Source of the DNA: Patescibacteria group bacterium
GTDB lineage: Bacteria > Patescibacteriota > Minisyncoccia > UBA9983
Direction of reading: 5' to 3'
DNA: 64,000 bases
Assembly: GCA_018895015.1 (NCBI GenBank)
Contig: JAHIOX010000015.1
Span: 11,533-75,532 of the forward strand
Positions 23,794 through 33,587 of this stretch are shown here, piece by piece. The position numbers and the translations under genes were made by a program. How positions within the stretch are numbered: the stretch's first letter is position 1; each line of letters begins with the position of its first letter. The notes under the pieces were generated by a model. The model was not told the origin of the DNA. It did no database searches and saw nothing but the letters and a program-made list of their open reading frames with translations.

Positions 23794-24189
23794 TTATTTC
23801 AACTCAACAGCCGCTCCGGCTGCCTCTAATTTTGCTTTTAATTCCTCGGCTGTTTTTTTATCCGCCCCTTCTTTTACAACGATAGGAGCTCCATCAGCCA
23901 TATCTTTAGCTTCCTTAAGTCCAAGGCTCAATGCGTCTCTTAAAACTTTGATTACTTGAATTTTTTGCTCGCCAGAACTCTTAAGATGGACATTAAAAGA
24001 TTCTTTTTCTTCTCCGACGCTCGCCTCTAGCGCAGTCGGAGCTCCGACTGCGAATGTCGGAGCCGCTGCCGAAACTCCAAATTTCTCCTCCAATAATTTT
24101 ACAAGCTCCGACAAATCAAGAACGCTCATTGATTCTATTTTTTCAACAATATCCTTGAATTTTGCCGGGGTTTTTATTTCTTCTGCCAT
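23794..24189 (-). CDS. rplL: 50S ribosomal protein L7/L12
   Basis: ELVKLLEEKFGVSAAA, KIQVIK, LGLKEAK, LEAAGA.VELK. Confidence 0.97.
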   Translation of the reverse strand: MAEEIKTPAKFKDIVEKIESMSVLDLSELVKLLEEKFGVSAAAPTFAVGAPTALEASVGEEKESFNVHLKSSGEQKIQVIKVLRDALSLGLKEAKDMADGAPIVVKEGADKKTAEELKAKLEAAGAAVELK

Positions 24190-24195
24190 AATTTT

Positions 24196-24735
24196 TTAAT
24201 TTTTTCCGCCCGAGGCGGATCCGCCTTTGGCGGAAATTTTACCCAATACGCTGACTAAATTTCTCATAATGCCGTTTAAGGCCACGACCACGCCCTTTCT
24301 CGGCGAATTAATAATATTAACTAACTGCCCCAATAAAACCTCCCTTGATGGAATATTTGCCAACTTAATTACTGTTTGAGAATCTATGTACTCATTCTCA
24401 AACACACCTCCTAAAAATTTTATTGTTTTATTCTTTTTCGCGAATTCATTTAGAATTTTTGCCGCCGCAATCGGATCATTCTGCGCGAAAGCCAAAGCTG
24501 CCTCGCCTTCTAATTCCGGAATTTGACCTGAAAAACCAAGCTTTTCCAAGGCTTTTTTAATAAGTGTTTTCTTGGAGACTAAAAAACGCGCTCCAGAAGC
24601 CCTTAGAGATTTCCTTAATTCACTCAAAGAAGCCACGCTCAGGCCATGAAAATTCACAAAAATTGAAATCTTGGATTCTCCAAATCCTTTTTCTAAATCT
24701 TTTAATATTTCTTGTTTTTTTTCTTTTGTAATCAT
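24196..24735 (-). CDS. rplJ: 50S ribosomal protein L10
   Basis: GLSV..LSELRK.LR, KKTL, LANIPSREVL; C-tail SAKGGSASGG comes from the tandem family B palindrome at 24205-24234. Confidence 0.95.
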   Translation of the reverse strand: MITKEKKQEILKDLEKGFGESKISIFVNFHGLSVASLSELRKSLRASGARFLVSKKTLIKKALEKLGFSGQIPELEGEAALAFAQNDPIAAAKILNEFAKKNKTIKFLGGVFENEYIDSQTVIKLANIPSREVLLGQLVNIINSPRKGVVVALNGIMRNLVSVLGKISAKGGSASGGKN

Positions 24736-24764
24736 AATATCGCTTCACTCTTTAATTTTCAACA

Positions 24765-24840
24765 AAAATACGGCCAATAATAGCCGCGAAAAATCTTCTA
24801 CCTCAACAGGACTTATAATGCCTGCTTTCTACGGCTTATT
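24765..24840 (-). ncRNA. L10 leader (r-protein autogenous control element)
   Basis: GCCGTAGAAAGCAGG-loop-CCTGTTGAGG upstream of rplJ followed by a hairpin; promoter TTGACA-17-TATACT at 24845-24873. Confidence 0.7.
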
Positions 24841-24896
24841 TTTTAGTATATATCCCTCAAAAAAATATGTCAACTAAAACAGGCATGGCCAAACAC

Positions 24897-25592
24897 TTAT
24901 TCCCTTACCGCGCAATGATCAAAATAAGGACTTGCCATGCGGCAAAAGCTCGCGAGTTTTTCTGAAGAATAAGATTTTTCTTCCTTAAACGCGGAATCCA
25001 AAGTTTTCTCATTCCGAAACCGCTGTAAAAAATACCTCTTGCTTCCTTTAAGCCATCGCGAAATATCCAAGATATCTTCTTTGTCATGAAATCGCGGCAA
25101 AACAGTAGTGCGAAATTCATAATCATCCATGTCCATTATCAATCGAACACTCCTTTCAATGTTGTCTAAGTCTACTTTACTATTGGACAATAGCGAATAT
25201 TTTTCTAAAGGACATTTTATATCCATCGCGACATAATCAACTTTGCCGCCGCTAATTAATTTTTCCAGCACTTGCGGGTTGCTGCCATTCGTATCCAGCT
25301 TTACTAAAAAACCCAGATCTTTTATCGCATTGATAAATTCGGGCAAATCCTTTTGAATTGTCGGTTCCCCTCCGGTTATACAAACGCCGTCCAGCATGCC
25401 GACGCGGTCAGACAAAAAATCAAAAAGATACTCTTCTGAAACAACAAATTTTTCTTCCGTTTTTGCCGGCTGAACCAATTCCGGGTTATGGCAAAAAGGG
25501 CAGGAAAAATTACACCCGACCGTAAAAACAGTCGCCGCGATTTTGCCCGGATAATCAATAACGGTAAATTTTTGAAGCCCGCCAATGAACAT
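24897..25592 (-). CDS. nrdG: Anaerobic RNR activating enzyme (radical SAM)
   Basis: GCNFSCPFCHNP, GVCITGGEPT, KLDTNG. Confidence 0.9.
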   Translation of the reverse strand: MFIGGLQKFTVIDYPGKIAATVFTVGCNFSCPFCHNPELVQPAKTEEKFVVSEEYLFDFLSDRVGMLDGVCITGGEPTIQKDLPEFINAIKDLGFLVKLDTNGSNPQVLEKLISGGKVDYVAMDIKCPLEKYSLLSNSKVDLDNIERSVRLIMDMDDYEFRTTVLPRFHDKEDILDISRWLKGSKRYFLQRFRNEKTLDSAFKEEKSYSSEKLASFCRMASPYFDHCAVRE

Positions 25593-27703
25593 TATACCTT
25601 AAATTTTTTCCTATTTTTAAATTCTTCTTGCTTGCCCGGGTTCCACTGTAGCACCGGCCTTATGTATCCCACAATGCGCGAGTAAACCTCGCATGGTTGC
25701 TGAATAAGGCAATTCGGGCACAAAAAGTGCTCTCCGGCTATATAGCCGTGGTTCGGGCATACGCTAAAAGTAGGGGTAACGGTTAGATACGGGAGGCTGT
25801 ATTTTGAAAAAACCTTTTTGAGCAAAACTTTTACTGACTCGGGATTATCAATTTTTTCGCCTAAAAATACATGCAAAACCGTTCCGCCCGTATATTTTGA
25901 CTGAAGATTGTCTTGAAGCTCCAAAACCGAAAAAATATCTTCGCTGAACCCGACTGGCAATTGCGAAGAATTGGTGTAATATAGCTCTTTTTCGCCGGCT
26001 GTAATAATATCAGGATATTTTTCTTTGTCTTTTTTCGCCAAACGATAACTGGCTCCTTCGGCCGGCGTAGCTTCCAAATTATACATATTGCCTGTTTCTT
26101 CTTGATATTTTACCAATTTATCTCTCATAAAATCTAAAATTTCAGAAGCGAATTTTTGGCCGGATGAAGTAGAAATGTCTTTATCAATAAAATTAAGAAG
26201 CGCTTCATTCATGCCAACAAGGCCTATTGTTGAAAAATGGTTAGCCCAATAGGTCCCTCTCATTTTTTTAACAGACTCCAAATAATATTTTGAATAAGGA
26301 TAAAGTCCTCTTTCAATATAATTATCCAAAACTTTTCTCTTGATCTCCAAGCTATCCCTTGATAAATCCATTAAATGCCCGAGCCGTCCGAAAAAATCTT
26401 TTTTTGTCTTTGAAAGATAGCCGATTTGCGGAAGATTAATAGTTACAACACCAATGCTTCCGGTAAGCGGCGCGGATCCGAAAAGTCCTCCGCCTCTTTT
26501 GTATAATTCCCTATTGTCCAAGCGCAACCGGCAACACATACTTCGCGCGTCATCAACATCCATCTCCGAATTGATAAAATTTGCAAAATAAGGAACACCG
26601 TATTTCGCTGTAAGTTCCCAAATGCCCTGCAAGGCCGGATTGTCCCAATCAAAATCTTTAGTTATGTTATAAGTTGGTATTGGAAAAGTAAACACGCGCC
26701 CTTTGGCATCGCCCAAAAGCATCACTTCGGCAAAAGCCCTGTTAAAAATATCCATCTCGTCTTGGAATTCGCCGTATGTTTCATTTTGCGGAATTCCGCC
26801 GATAATAACCGCCTGGTTCGCCAAATGCGCCGGCGGCTTAATATCAAGCGTTACATTTAAAAATGGCGTCTGAAAACCGACTCGCGTTGGAATGGCGCAA
26901 TTAAAAATGAATTCCTGAATCGCCTGCTTTACCTGCTGATAAGTAAGATTGTCATTCCGTATAAAAGGCGCCAGCAGAGTATCAAAATTGCTGATTGCCT
27001 GGGCGCCGGCTGATTCGCCCTGCAAAGTATAGAAAAAATTAACTAATTGCCCCAAAGCGGTCCGCAAATGTTTTGCGGGCTTTGATTCCACTTTGCCCGG
27101 GACGCCTCCAAACCCCCTGTAAAGCAAATCAAAAAGATCCCATCCGCAACAATACGGCCCCAAAAAATCCAAATCATGGACATGGAACGCTCCTCCGTTA
27201 ATCGCGTCCCTTATTTCTTTTGGGTAAATTTTATTCAGCCAGTATTTTTTGCTGACCGCGGAAACAATATAATGGTGCAGTCCCTGAAGAGAAAAAGACA
27301 TGTTGGCGTTTTCTCTAATCTGCCAATCCAAATCGCCGATATATTTATCCACCATTTCCAAACTCTCATCAATGGCTGTTTTTGCCTCGCGTATGCGCCG
27401 ATGCTGCTCTCTGTACAAGATATAAGCCTTGGCAGTTTCAACATGATTTTCTAAAATCAAAACTTCTTCAACAATATCCTGAATTTCTTCCACTTTTACG
27501 GTATCCTCGTTTCTAAAACGCTTATTTATCAAGTTAACAACCTTGCCTGAAATAAGCTTTGATTCTTTGCCGTCGCCTTCGCCTGAAGCGGTTAACGCTT
27601 TATGTATCGCCTTTTCAATTTTGCTTTGGTCAAAATCAACAATTCTCCCGTCTCTTTTTTCAATTTTTTTAAGAGTTTTGGATTTTTTAACGGCTTTTTT
27701 CAT
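25592..27703 (-). CDS. nrdD: Anaerobic (class III) ribonucleoside-triphosphate reductase with ATP cone
   Basis: KRDGRIV.FD ATP cone; YCCGW, SMCCRL, EATPAE, YSRIVGY glycyl-radical motif. Confidence 0.95.
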   Translation of the reverse strand: MKKAVKKSKTLKKIEKRDGRIVDFDQSKIEKAIHKALTASGEGDGKESKLISGKVVNLINKRFRNEDTVKVEEIQDIVEEVLILENHVETAKAYILYREQHRRIREAKTAIDESLEMVDKYIGDLDWQIRENANMSFSLQGLHHYIVSAVSKKYWLNKIYPKEIRDAINGGAFHVHDLDFLGPYCCGWDLFDLLYRGFGGVPGKVESKPAKHLRTALGQLVNFFYTLQGESAGAQAISNFDTLLAPFIRNDNLTYQQVKQAIQEFIFNCAIPTRVGFQTPFLNVTLDIKPPAHLANQAVIIGGIPQNETYGEFQDEMDIFNRAFAEVMLLGDAKGRVFTFPIPTYNITKDFDWDNPALQGIWELTAKYGVPYFANFINSEMDVDDARSMCCRLRLDNRELYKRGGGLFGSAPLTGSIGVVTINLPQIGYLSKTKKDFFGRLGHLMDLSRDSLEIKRKVLDNYIERGLYPYSKYYLESVKKMRGTYWANHFSTIGLVGMNEALLNFIDKDISTSSGQKFASEILDFMRDKLVKYQEETGNMYNLEATPAEGASYRLAKKDKEKYPDIITAGEKELYYTNSSQLPVGFSEDIFSVLELQDNLQSKYTGGTVLHVFLGEKIDNPESVKVLLKKVFSKYSLPYLTVTPTFSVCPNHGYIAGEHFLCPNCLIQQPCEVYSRIVGYIRPVLQWNPGKQEEFKNRKKFKV

Positions 27704-27745
27704 ATAGTGTCTTCATCATAATTCATAAAACCAAAAAAGGGAAAT

Positions 27746-27754
27746 TGTGGATAA
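27746..27754 (-). promoter_or_regulatory. Perfect DnaA box upstream of nrdD
   Basis: TTATCCACA on the minus strand, 42 nt before the nrdD ATG; another at 23059-23067. Confidence 0.45.
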
Positions 27755-27760
27755 AAAAGA

Positions 27761-30163
27761 TTAGACGCTATATCTTTGATGTAATTCAGCTTCTATTTCC
27801 GCCCGCGGGCGGCCGTATTTAAGAGACGAAAGTTTTGCGATTTCCTCGCCATCAGCAATCTCTCCTTTTTGAAACGGGCTTGTCTGCATACTGAACGGCC
27901 TTGATGTCTGGCCGTCAATCAAAACCTTGAGACAAGCGTTATAATTATCAATATTTATAAGGTCGTAAGAATTAAAAACCGGCTCAAATTGCTTTTGCAA
28001 AACTTCAGCGTCTTCAGCGCCAACTCTAAAAGCTACGATTGAGCCGACATTGCCGAAAATCGCCTTTTTAATATTTTCCTCAAGCTGGCCGATAAATTGA
28101 TGCGCGATTGCCAGATTTAATTTATACTTGCGCGCCTCGGATAAAATGGTGGCAATGGAATCGGTAGTGACATTATGAAATTCATCAATATACAAATAGA
28201 AATCCCTGCGTTTTTCTTCCGGCATGTCTACGCGCGAAAGCGACGCCATCAAAATTTTGCCCACAATAATCAAGCCAAGCAAATTAGCGTTCAAGTCGCC
28301 CAATCTGCCCTTTGAAAGATTGATTAAAAGTATTTTGCCCTCGTCCATCGCCTGCCTGAAATTAAACGCGGATTTTTCCTGAATTATTATCGGGCGCATG
28401 ATTTCGTTTGACAAGAAATTGTCAAATTTGCTGGTAATATACGGGACCATATTTTGCAAAGAAGCTTCCCCGCCGGCTTTTTCCGCTACATCCCTCCAGA
28501 AATTTTTTACAAGAGGATTGGCGCAAAGAGACAATTTCCGGTCGCGGAAATTTTTGTCGCTCAAAACCCTTTCCACGTCCAACAAGCTGTTCCCGGAAGA
28601 AACATCGTCCATGACCAGCATCACCGAATTTCTAAAATACTGTTCAAACATCGGTCCGCCGGCAGTCTTCATGTCAAAAAGCTTGTTAAAAATTCCGAGT
28701 AATTCATTAACAATAAACGTTTTTTGCTCCGGATGGCTTTGGTCATACTCCAGCATATTCAATCCCATCGGCCGTTCAATATTGCCCGGGTCAAAATAAA
28801 TTACATCTTCCGCTCTGGATGGCGGAATTCGCGATAAAATATCCTGAATGTCAGAGCCGTGCGGGTCAATAAAACAAATTCCTTTGCCCGCCTCAATGTC
28901 CTGGACAATCATATTTTTAAGAAGCACGGATTTGCCGGTGCCTGTCTGTCCGATAGCGTAAATGTGCCTTCGGCGGTCGTCGTCTTTTATATAAACATCG
29001 GAAATTTCTCCGCGATAAATATTTTTGCCTAGCAAAAGCCCTGATTCCGGCAAACTTAATGGCGGAGGCGCTTCTTTTGTTTTTAAATATTTAAGCTTAG
29101 GCGCCGCAGATGAAGCTATGCCAAGCGGAAAATGAAAAATAGTGGCAAGTTCCGCCGCGTTTAACTGTATCGCGTTTTTCGCGTCCGGTAATCTGAAAGA
29201 AAATTTATAAAAAAGACTTTTTAATTTTCTTCCGCGCGGAACAATAAATTCAAATCCGTTTCCTTGCGCTTCTTTAAATTGCAAAAACGCGCTTTTTAAT
29301 TCCGCTAAAATAGAATTCGCCCTTTCTTTGCTCGTTGAAGAAGCAAGAAGGCGGATATTGGCTTGCATCATTTGGCGGGACGCTTTAGACTCAAGCAGTT
29401 TTACCAGCTCTTCGTCAACCGATTTTTGGCCTGATTCATTTTTTCTCGCGTCCTTGCCTGAACCGAATATAAAATTCCACAATTCGCCAAGCATGCTCTT
29501 CCAAAAACTTTCATATCCGCGCAGCGCATCGGACAATGATTCGCCCTTGCGAACCTCTGAAACAACCATTTTCGCCTTTTTAATGATCTCTTCATTTGAC
29601 GGCGAAAGTATTATTTGCAAAGCGGCGCCTTCTCCGTCTTTCTGTAATTTTGAAAAAGTATTTATAGCCACCTGCAAAGGGTCGGACTCAAACCTGTCAT
29701 ACGTTCTAATCGGCAGAACATCCTCTCGGTTTAACCTGGCAAAAGATCCCGCCGAAAAACCGTCCGGTTTAAAAATATTATAATCGTCTTTTTTAACAGA
29801 AACGCCGGCAAAAGGGAAAAGCCCGTTAACAAGCTTTTCAAAAAGCTGATTTTGGCTTTTTTCCACGGCCGCGTAAAAAACCAATTCCTGCCCCTTGGCA
29901 GGCAACCCGATTTCAAGCGCGTAATAACTTTCTACCGCGGCCATTCCGCTGTAAAACTGCTCCATAACCGATATCAATTCTTTAAAGCTTTTATCGCCAT
30001 CTTTCGGCTTTTCATGCGGCAAAGTTATTTCATAAAGCACAAAATTAAGAGAACGAAGAACCTTGCCACGCTCGTTTTTACGCCAGAAAAAAACAACCAA
30101 CAGCGTTCCGCCGATAAAAATTACGGCGGAAAAAAGATAAAAATAGAAAAAAAATTCAAACAT
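27761..30163 (-). CDS. Second VirD4/TraD-like coupling ATPase with N-terminal TM and extra domain
   Basis: N-terminal TM; GQTGTGKS, IDPHG, LYIDEFHN, SEARKY..AHQ. Confidence 0.85.
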   Translation of the reverse strand: MFEFFFYFYLFSAVIFIGGTLLVVFFWRKNERGKVLRSLNFVLYEITLPHEKPKDGDKSFKELISVMEQFYSGMAAVESYYALEIGLPAKGQELVFYAAVEKSQNQLFEKLVNGLFPFAGVSVKKDDYNIFKPDGFSAGSFARLNREDVLPIRTYDRFESDPLQVAINTFSKLQKDGEGAALQIILSPSNEEIIKKAKMVVSEVRKGESLSDALRGYESFWKSMLGELWNFIFGSGKDARKNESGQKSVDEELVKLLESKASRQMMQANIRLLASSTSKERANSILAELKSAFLQFKEAQGNGFEFIVPRGRKLKSLFYKFSFRLPDAKNAIQLNAAELATIFHFPLGIASSAAPKLKYLKTKEAPPPLSLPESGLLLGKNIYRGEISDVYIKDDDRRRHIYAIGQTGTGKSVLLKNMIVQDIEAGKGICFIDPHGSDIQDILSRIPPSRAEDVIYFDPGNIERPMGLNMLEYDQSHPEQKTFIVNELLGIFNKLFDMKTAGGPMFEQYFRNSVMLVMDDVSSGNSLLDVERVLSDKNFRDRKLSLCANPLVKNFWRDVAEKAGGEASLQNMVPYITSKFDNFLSNEIMRPIIIQEKSAFNFRQAMDEGKILLINLSKGRLGDLNANLLGLIIVGKILMASLSRVDMPEEKRRDFYLYIDEFHNVTTDSIATILSEARKYKLNLAIAHQFIGQLEENIKKAIFGNVGSIVAFRVGAEDAEVLQKQFEPVFNSYDLINIDNYNACLKVLIDGQTSRPFSMQTSPFQKGEIADGEEIAKLSSLKYGRPRAEIEAELHQRYSV

Positions 30164-30563
30164 TGTAAGCGCCTTGAAAATATTTTATCAACGCGTCGTG
30201 AAAATCGTCTTCAAGATGCGGATTGTCTAAATGCCTGATTATGGAAATGGCATTCAAAATTCCTTTATCCTGCGCAATTTGCAATAATTCCAAAATTTGC
30301 CTTTGATGCGCTTCGGCTTCTGTCTCCGGGGAAGAAAATTTTAAGGCGGCGATCCGCTCGGCGCGCTCTTTTGCTTCGGACGGCGCGAAGCGCTGGCTTT
30401 CAGCCAAAACACTCTCCGGAGGTTTTTCTATGTGCTCCTTAATCGCTTCGCGAATAATTTCCGGCCGCTCCTTGTTGCCGGAAGATAATTCCAATTCCGC
30501 GATTCTTTTCTTTAGCGCCTCTATTTCCTGCCCGGCCGATTCAATTTTACCACTTTCTTCCAT
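30156..30563 (-). CDS. Hypothetical protein
   Basis: Start MEESG 6 nt after TGnTATAAT; C-terminal NPHLEDDFHD motif. Confidence 0.6.
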   Translation of the reverse strand: MEESGKIESAGQEIEALKKRIAELELSSGNKERPEIIREAIKEHIEKPPESVLAESQRFAPSEAKERAERIAALKFSSPETEAEAHQRQILELLQIAQDKGILNAISIIRHLDNPHLEDDFHDALIKYFQGAYNV

Positions 30564-30600
30564 CAATAAATTATACCACAATCAAAAATAAACAAAATTT

Positions 30601-30828
30601 TTACGGCCAAGCGTTTCTTTCTGCTTCATATTTCTCCTTTTCTTGTTCATTTTTAATATATTCGGATTTCAGATGCCAACGCCATGAATTGGTATTACCC
30701 AAAAATAAATCCACCATGTCCGGCGTAATATCAGCCGGTAATTTTTCATGCCAGCCATCCAGCGAATTTCCTATCGCGCCTTCAATAATCTGTTTTTCAT
30801 TTTCCTGAAAATTCTCCATTTTCTCCAT
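30601..30828 (-). CDS. Hypothetical protein
   Basis: ORF fills the gap; no recognisable motif. Confidence 0.4.
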   Translation of the reverse strand: MEKMENFQENEKQIIEGAIGNSLDGWHEKLPADITPDMVDLFLGNTNSWRWHLKSEYIKNEQEKEKYEAERNAWP

Positions 30829-31033
30829 ATTCTTTTGTTGAGATATTTCTCTTGCTAAAAATAAAAATATAAAGAATCTCCAAAATAGCCAAAGTATTGA
30901 TTACCAAAAGGGCGATAAACCAATTTCTATGGCTGTTGCGCGCGGCCTTCCACAACGCCACGCCCTTCCATGGCAAAACCCATAATGCAACCAGTAAAAT
31001 GAGCCACTGATTTTGAATTAAAAATTGTTCCAT
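30797..31033 (-). CDS. DUF5652-like small membrane protein
   Basis: W.LPWKG.ALWKAARN....WFIALL.INT..ILEI.Y. Confidence 0.8.
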   Translation of the reverse strand: MEQFLIQNQWLILLVALWVLPWKGVALWKAARNSHRNWFIALLVINTLAILEILYIFIFSKRNISTKEYGENGEFSGK

Positions 31034-31059
31034 ATATTTTTATAATATCATAACCCAGC

Positions 31060-31098
31060 AAAAATAAAACACCCCGGCCAGCTTGTGGCTGGACGGGG
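31060..31098 (-). terminator. Intrinsic terminator after the receiver-domain cassette
   Basis: CCCCG.CCAGC/GCTGG.CGGGG hairpin with T-rich tail on the minus strand. Confidence 0.65.
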
Positions 31099-31116
31099 CT
31101 TCGGGTTATCAAGATG

Positions 31117-31539
31117 TCACCTTGATATAAGTAATTCTTTTATTTTTTCGCCGACACCGCGTATCGGCTTTAGGAGAAAAATGTCCGCGCCGGCGGCTAA
31201 GGCAAAACCTTTATTCTCTATGTTGCCGGACATGGCAATCATCAAGGGTGATGACTCCTTAAAACGGCCTGTCATCGCTAATATCTTAGGCAAACGATAT
31301 TTGCCTGCCAAAAATTTTAGCAAATCCAGCCCATCCATTTCCGGCATATTAATATCTGTCAAAATCACATCCGGTGGTGGAACAAATCTCAAAGAAGCAT
31401 CAATGTATTCCTTTGCTTCTTTGCCATTAGCGAAAACGACTACTTCAAAATCCTCGCCCTTAAGCAATTCCTCAAGGGCCGTCCTGATTCCTTCGTCGTC
31501 CTCAACGATAATAATAAAAAACTTTTTCTCTGTTTCCAT
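31117..31539 (-). CDS. Stand-alone CheY-like response regulator receiver
   Basis: IVEDD, DVILTDINMPEMDG, MSG, GADIFLLKP; start at METEKK after AAGGAGG; promoter TTGACA-17-TAATGT at about 31604-31632. Confidence 0.85.
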   Translation of the reverse strand: METEKKFFIIIVEDDEGIRTALEELLKGEDFEVVVFANGKEAKEYIDASLRFVPPPDVILTDINMPEMDGLDLLKFLAGKYRLPKILAMTGRFKESSPLMIAMSGNIENKGFALAAGADIFLLKPIRGVGEKIKELLISR

Positions 31540-31685
31540 CCAAAAATCCTCCTTGTTTTTTTCGCCAGCTGGCGAATTATTTTCAAATTTCAATATAAAT
31601 ATAACATTACACTAAATCATCTCTTTTGTCAATACATGTCTTGTTTTTTCCCTTATCATGCATTAAGATAAATTAAACAAAACAC

Positions 31686-32270
31686 ATGCTTAATTACAAT
31701 GAACTGAAGCCCGGAAAATACTTTATTTTGGACGACCATCCTTATCTTGTCATGGAATTTCATTTTTTAAGGATGCAGCAAAGAAAGCCCGTGGCGCAGA
31801 CAAAAATAAAAAATTTGATTACCGGCAAAACACTTGAAAAAACATTTCAGCAAACAGACAAATTTGAAGAAGCGGATATTAAAACAAAGCCGATAAAATA
31901 TCTGTATAATAATAAAGGGGAATTTTGGTTTTGCCCTGAAAAAAATCCAAGCGCCAGATTCAAACTGGAAGAATCATTGATAGAAAACAACGGCGATCTG
32001 ATGAAGCAAAATTCAATCGTGGACGCGCTTGTTTTTTCTCACAAAGGCAAAGAAGAAATAATCGGCGTTAATCTTCCGGTGAAAATTGAATTAAAAGTAA
32101 TTGAAGCTCCGCCATCCACAAAAGGAAACACGGCGCAAGGTGGAAATAAACAAGTCAAGCTGGAAACAGGCGCGATGATAAACGCGCCGCTTTTCATCAA
32201 CGAAGGAGATATAATTTCCATAAATACCCAGAACCGCGAGTATGTCGAGCGGTCGGAAAAGGGCCTATAG
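31686..32270 (+). CDS. efp: Translation elongation factor P
   Basis: YLY......F, P..KGNTAQGG.K..KLETG..I.APLFI.EGD.I.INT....YVER. Confidence 0.95.
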   Translation: MLNYNELKPGKYFILDDHPYLVMEFHFLRMQQRKPVAQTKIKNLITGKTLEKTFQQTDKFEEADIKTKPIKYLYNNKGEFWFCPEKNPSARFKLEESLIENNGDLMKQNSIVDALVFSHKGKEEIIGVNLPVKIELKVIEAPPSTKGNTAQGGNKQVKLETGAMINAPLFINEGDIISINTQNREYVERSEKGL

Positions 32271-32334
32271 TAAAGTGGCATTACGCTACATTCGCATTGT
32301 AGAGGCGGGAGTTCGATTCTCCCTAGGTCCACCA
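32261..32334 (+). tRNA. tRNA-Ala(CGC)
   Basis: G3:U70 identity pair; CTACA-TTCGCAT-TGTAG anticodon arm; encoded CCA. Confidence 0.95.
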
Positions 32335-32344
32335 GAATAAATTT

Positions 32345-32575
32345 ATGTGTTTAGCCATTCCGGGAAAAATAATTTCAATAAAAAAGCAAAACGCCACTGT
32401 TGATTTTAGAGGCATTAAAAAAGAGGTGGACATTTCTTTGGTCAGCGCCAAGCCGGGCGACTATGTTGTCGTTCACACCGGCTTCGCGGTCGGCAAATTG
32501 GATAAAAAATCCGCCAATGAATCCTACAAATACTTTGATGAATATATCAAAACAAAACACGGAAAAAATACTTGA
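32345..32575 (+). CDS. hypC: Hydrogenase maturation chaperone HypC
   Basis: MCLAIPGK..GDYVVVHTGFA. Confidence 0.95.
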   Translation: MCLAIPGKIISIKKQNATVDFRGIKKEVDISLVSAKPGDYVVVHTGFAVGKLDKKSANESYKYFDEYIKTKHGKNT

Positions 32576-33587
32576 TGAAATAAAAAAACTGGCGAAATCA
32601 ATAGGCCGCGAAACGCGGCTGATGGGACTTTGCGGAACTCATTCCCAAACCATCGCGCAATACGGCCTCAAAAACTTATTGCCGCGCAATATCAAACTGG
32701 TTGCCGGACCCGGATGCCCGGTTTGCGTCACCGCGCGCGAAGATATTGACGCGGTTATTGGATTGGCTTTAGCTGGAATGCCTTTGGCTGTTTACGGAGA
32801 CACATTAGCTGTTCCCGGCTCAACAGAAAGTCTTGAAAACGCCAGGCAAAAAGGCGCGGATATTAAAATAATTTATTCCATCAAAGAGGCGCTGAAAGAA
32901 CAAAAAATAAAACCCGACTTGGTTTTTTTCGGAGTCGGATTTGAAACAACGGCACCCATGACAGCTTGGGCTATAAAACAAGGATTGCGCGTTTACAGCG
33001 CCCATAAATTTTTCCCGCCGGCAATGGCCGCGCTTTTAAAAAACAAAAAAATTAAAATTGACGGACTTATAGACCCAGGGCATGTGAGCGCGATTATCGG
33101 CGAATCTCCATATAAAAAATTTGAAATTCCGCAAGTAATTACCGGATTTGAACCGGAAGATGTCTTAATGGCGGTTTTGATGCTGCTAAATCAAATCGCT
33201 GAAGGCAAACGCGATCTTGAAAACGAATACGGCCGCGTGGTAAAAAAAAATGGAAACGAGAAAGCGGTAAATTTAATCAATGAAGTTTTTGAGCAATGCG
33301 ACGCCGAATGGCGCGGCATAGGCCTGATAAAAAATTCCGGAATGAAAATAAGAAAAAAATATTCCGCTTGCGACGCCAAAATAAAATATCGCCGGACAAT
33401 CGCAGAAATTTTATCGCGGACAAAAACCAAAAAAACTGCCTGCAGATGCGGAGAAATATTGCAAGGGTTAATTGAACCGAACCAATGCCCTTTATTTAAA
33501 AAAATCTGCGCCCCGGAAAATCCTTTCGGCGCATGCATGGTTTCAATTGAAGGAACCTGTAATATAGAATATAAATATGCGCGCTAA
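32538..33587 (+). CDS. hypD: Hydrogenase maturation protein HypD
   Basis: CGTH, GPGCPVC, GFETT, PGHVS, C-terminal CRCG..C..C...ACMVS.EGTC. Confidence 0.95.
   Translation: MNISKQNTEKILDEIKKLAKSIGRETRLMGLCGTHSQTIAQYGLKNLLPRNIKLVAGPGCPVCVTAREDIDAVIGLALAGMPLAVYGDTLAVPGSTESLENARQKGADIKIIYSIKEALKEQKIKPDLVFFGVGFETTAPMTAWAIKQGLRVYSAHKFFPPAMAALLKNKKIKIDGLIDPGHVSAIIGESPYKKFEIPQVITGFEPEDVLMAVLMLLNQIAEGKRDLENEYGRVVKKNGNEKAVNLINEVFEQCDAEWRGIGLIKNSGMKIRKKYSACDAKIKYRRTIAEILSRTKTKKTACRCGEILQGLIEPNQCPLFKKICAPENPFGACMVSIEGTCNIEYKYAR

Noticed and set aside
27697-27711. NrdR box at the nrdD start
   Set aside because: Only a half-site (ACACTATAT) matches.
23059-27754. Replication origin suggested by DnaA boxes
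   Set aside because: Only two isolated boxes 4.7 kb apart, no dnaA, and no switch in gene strand bias.
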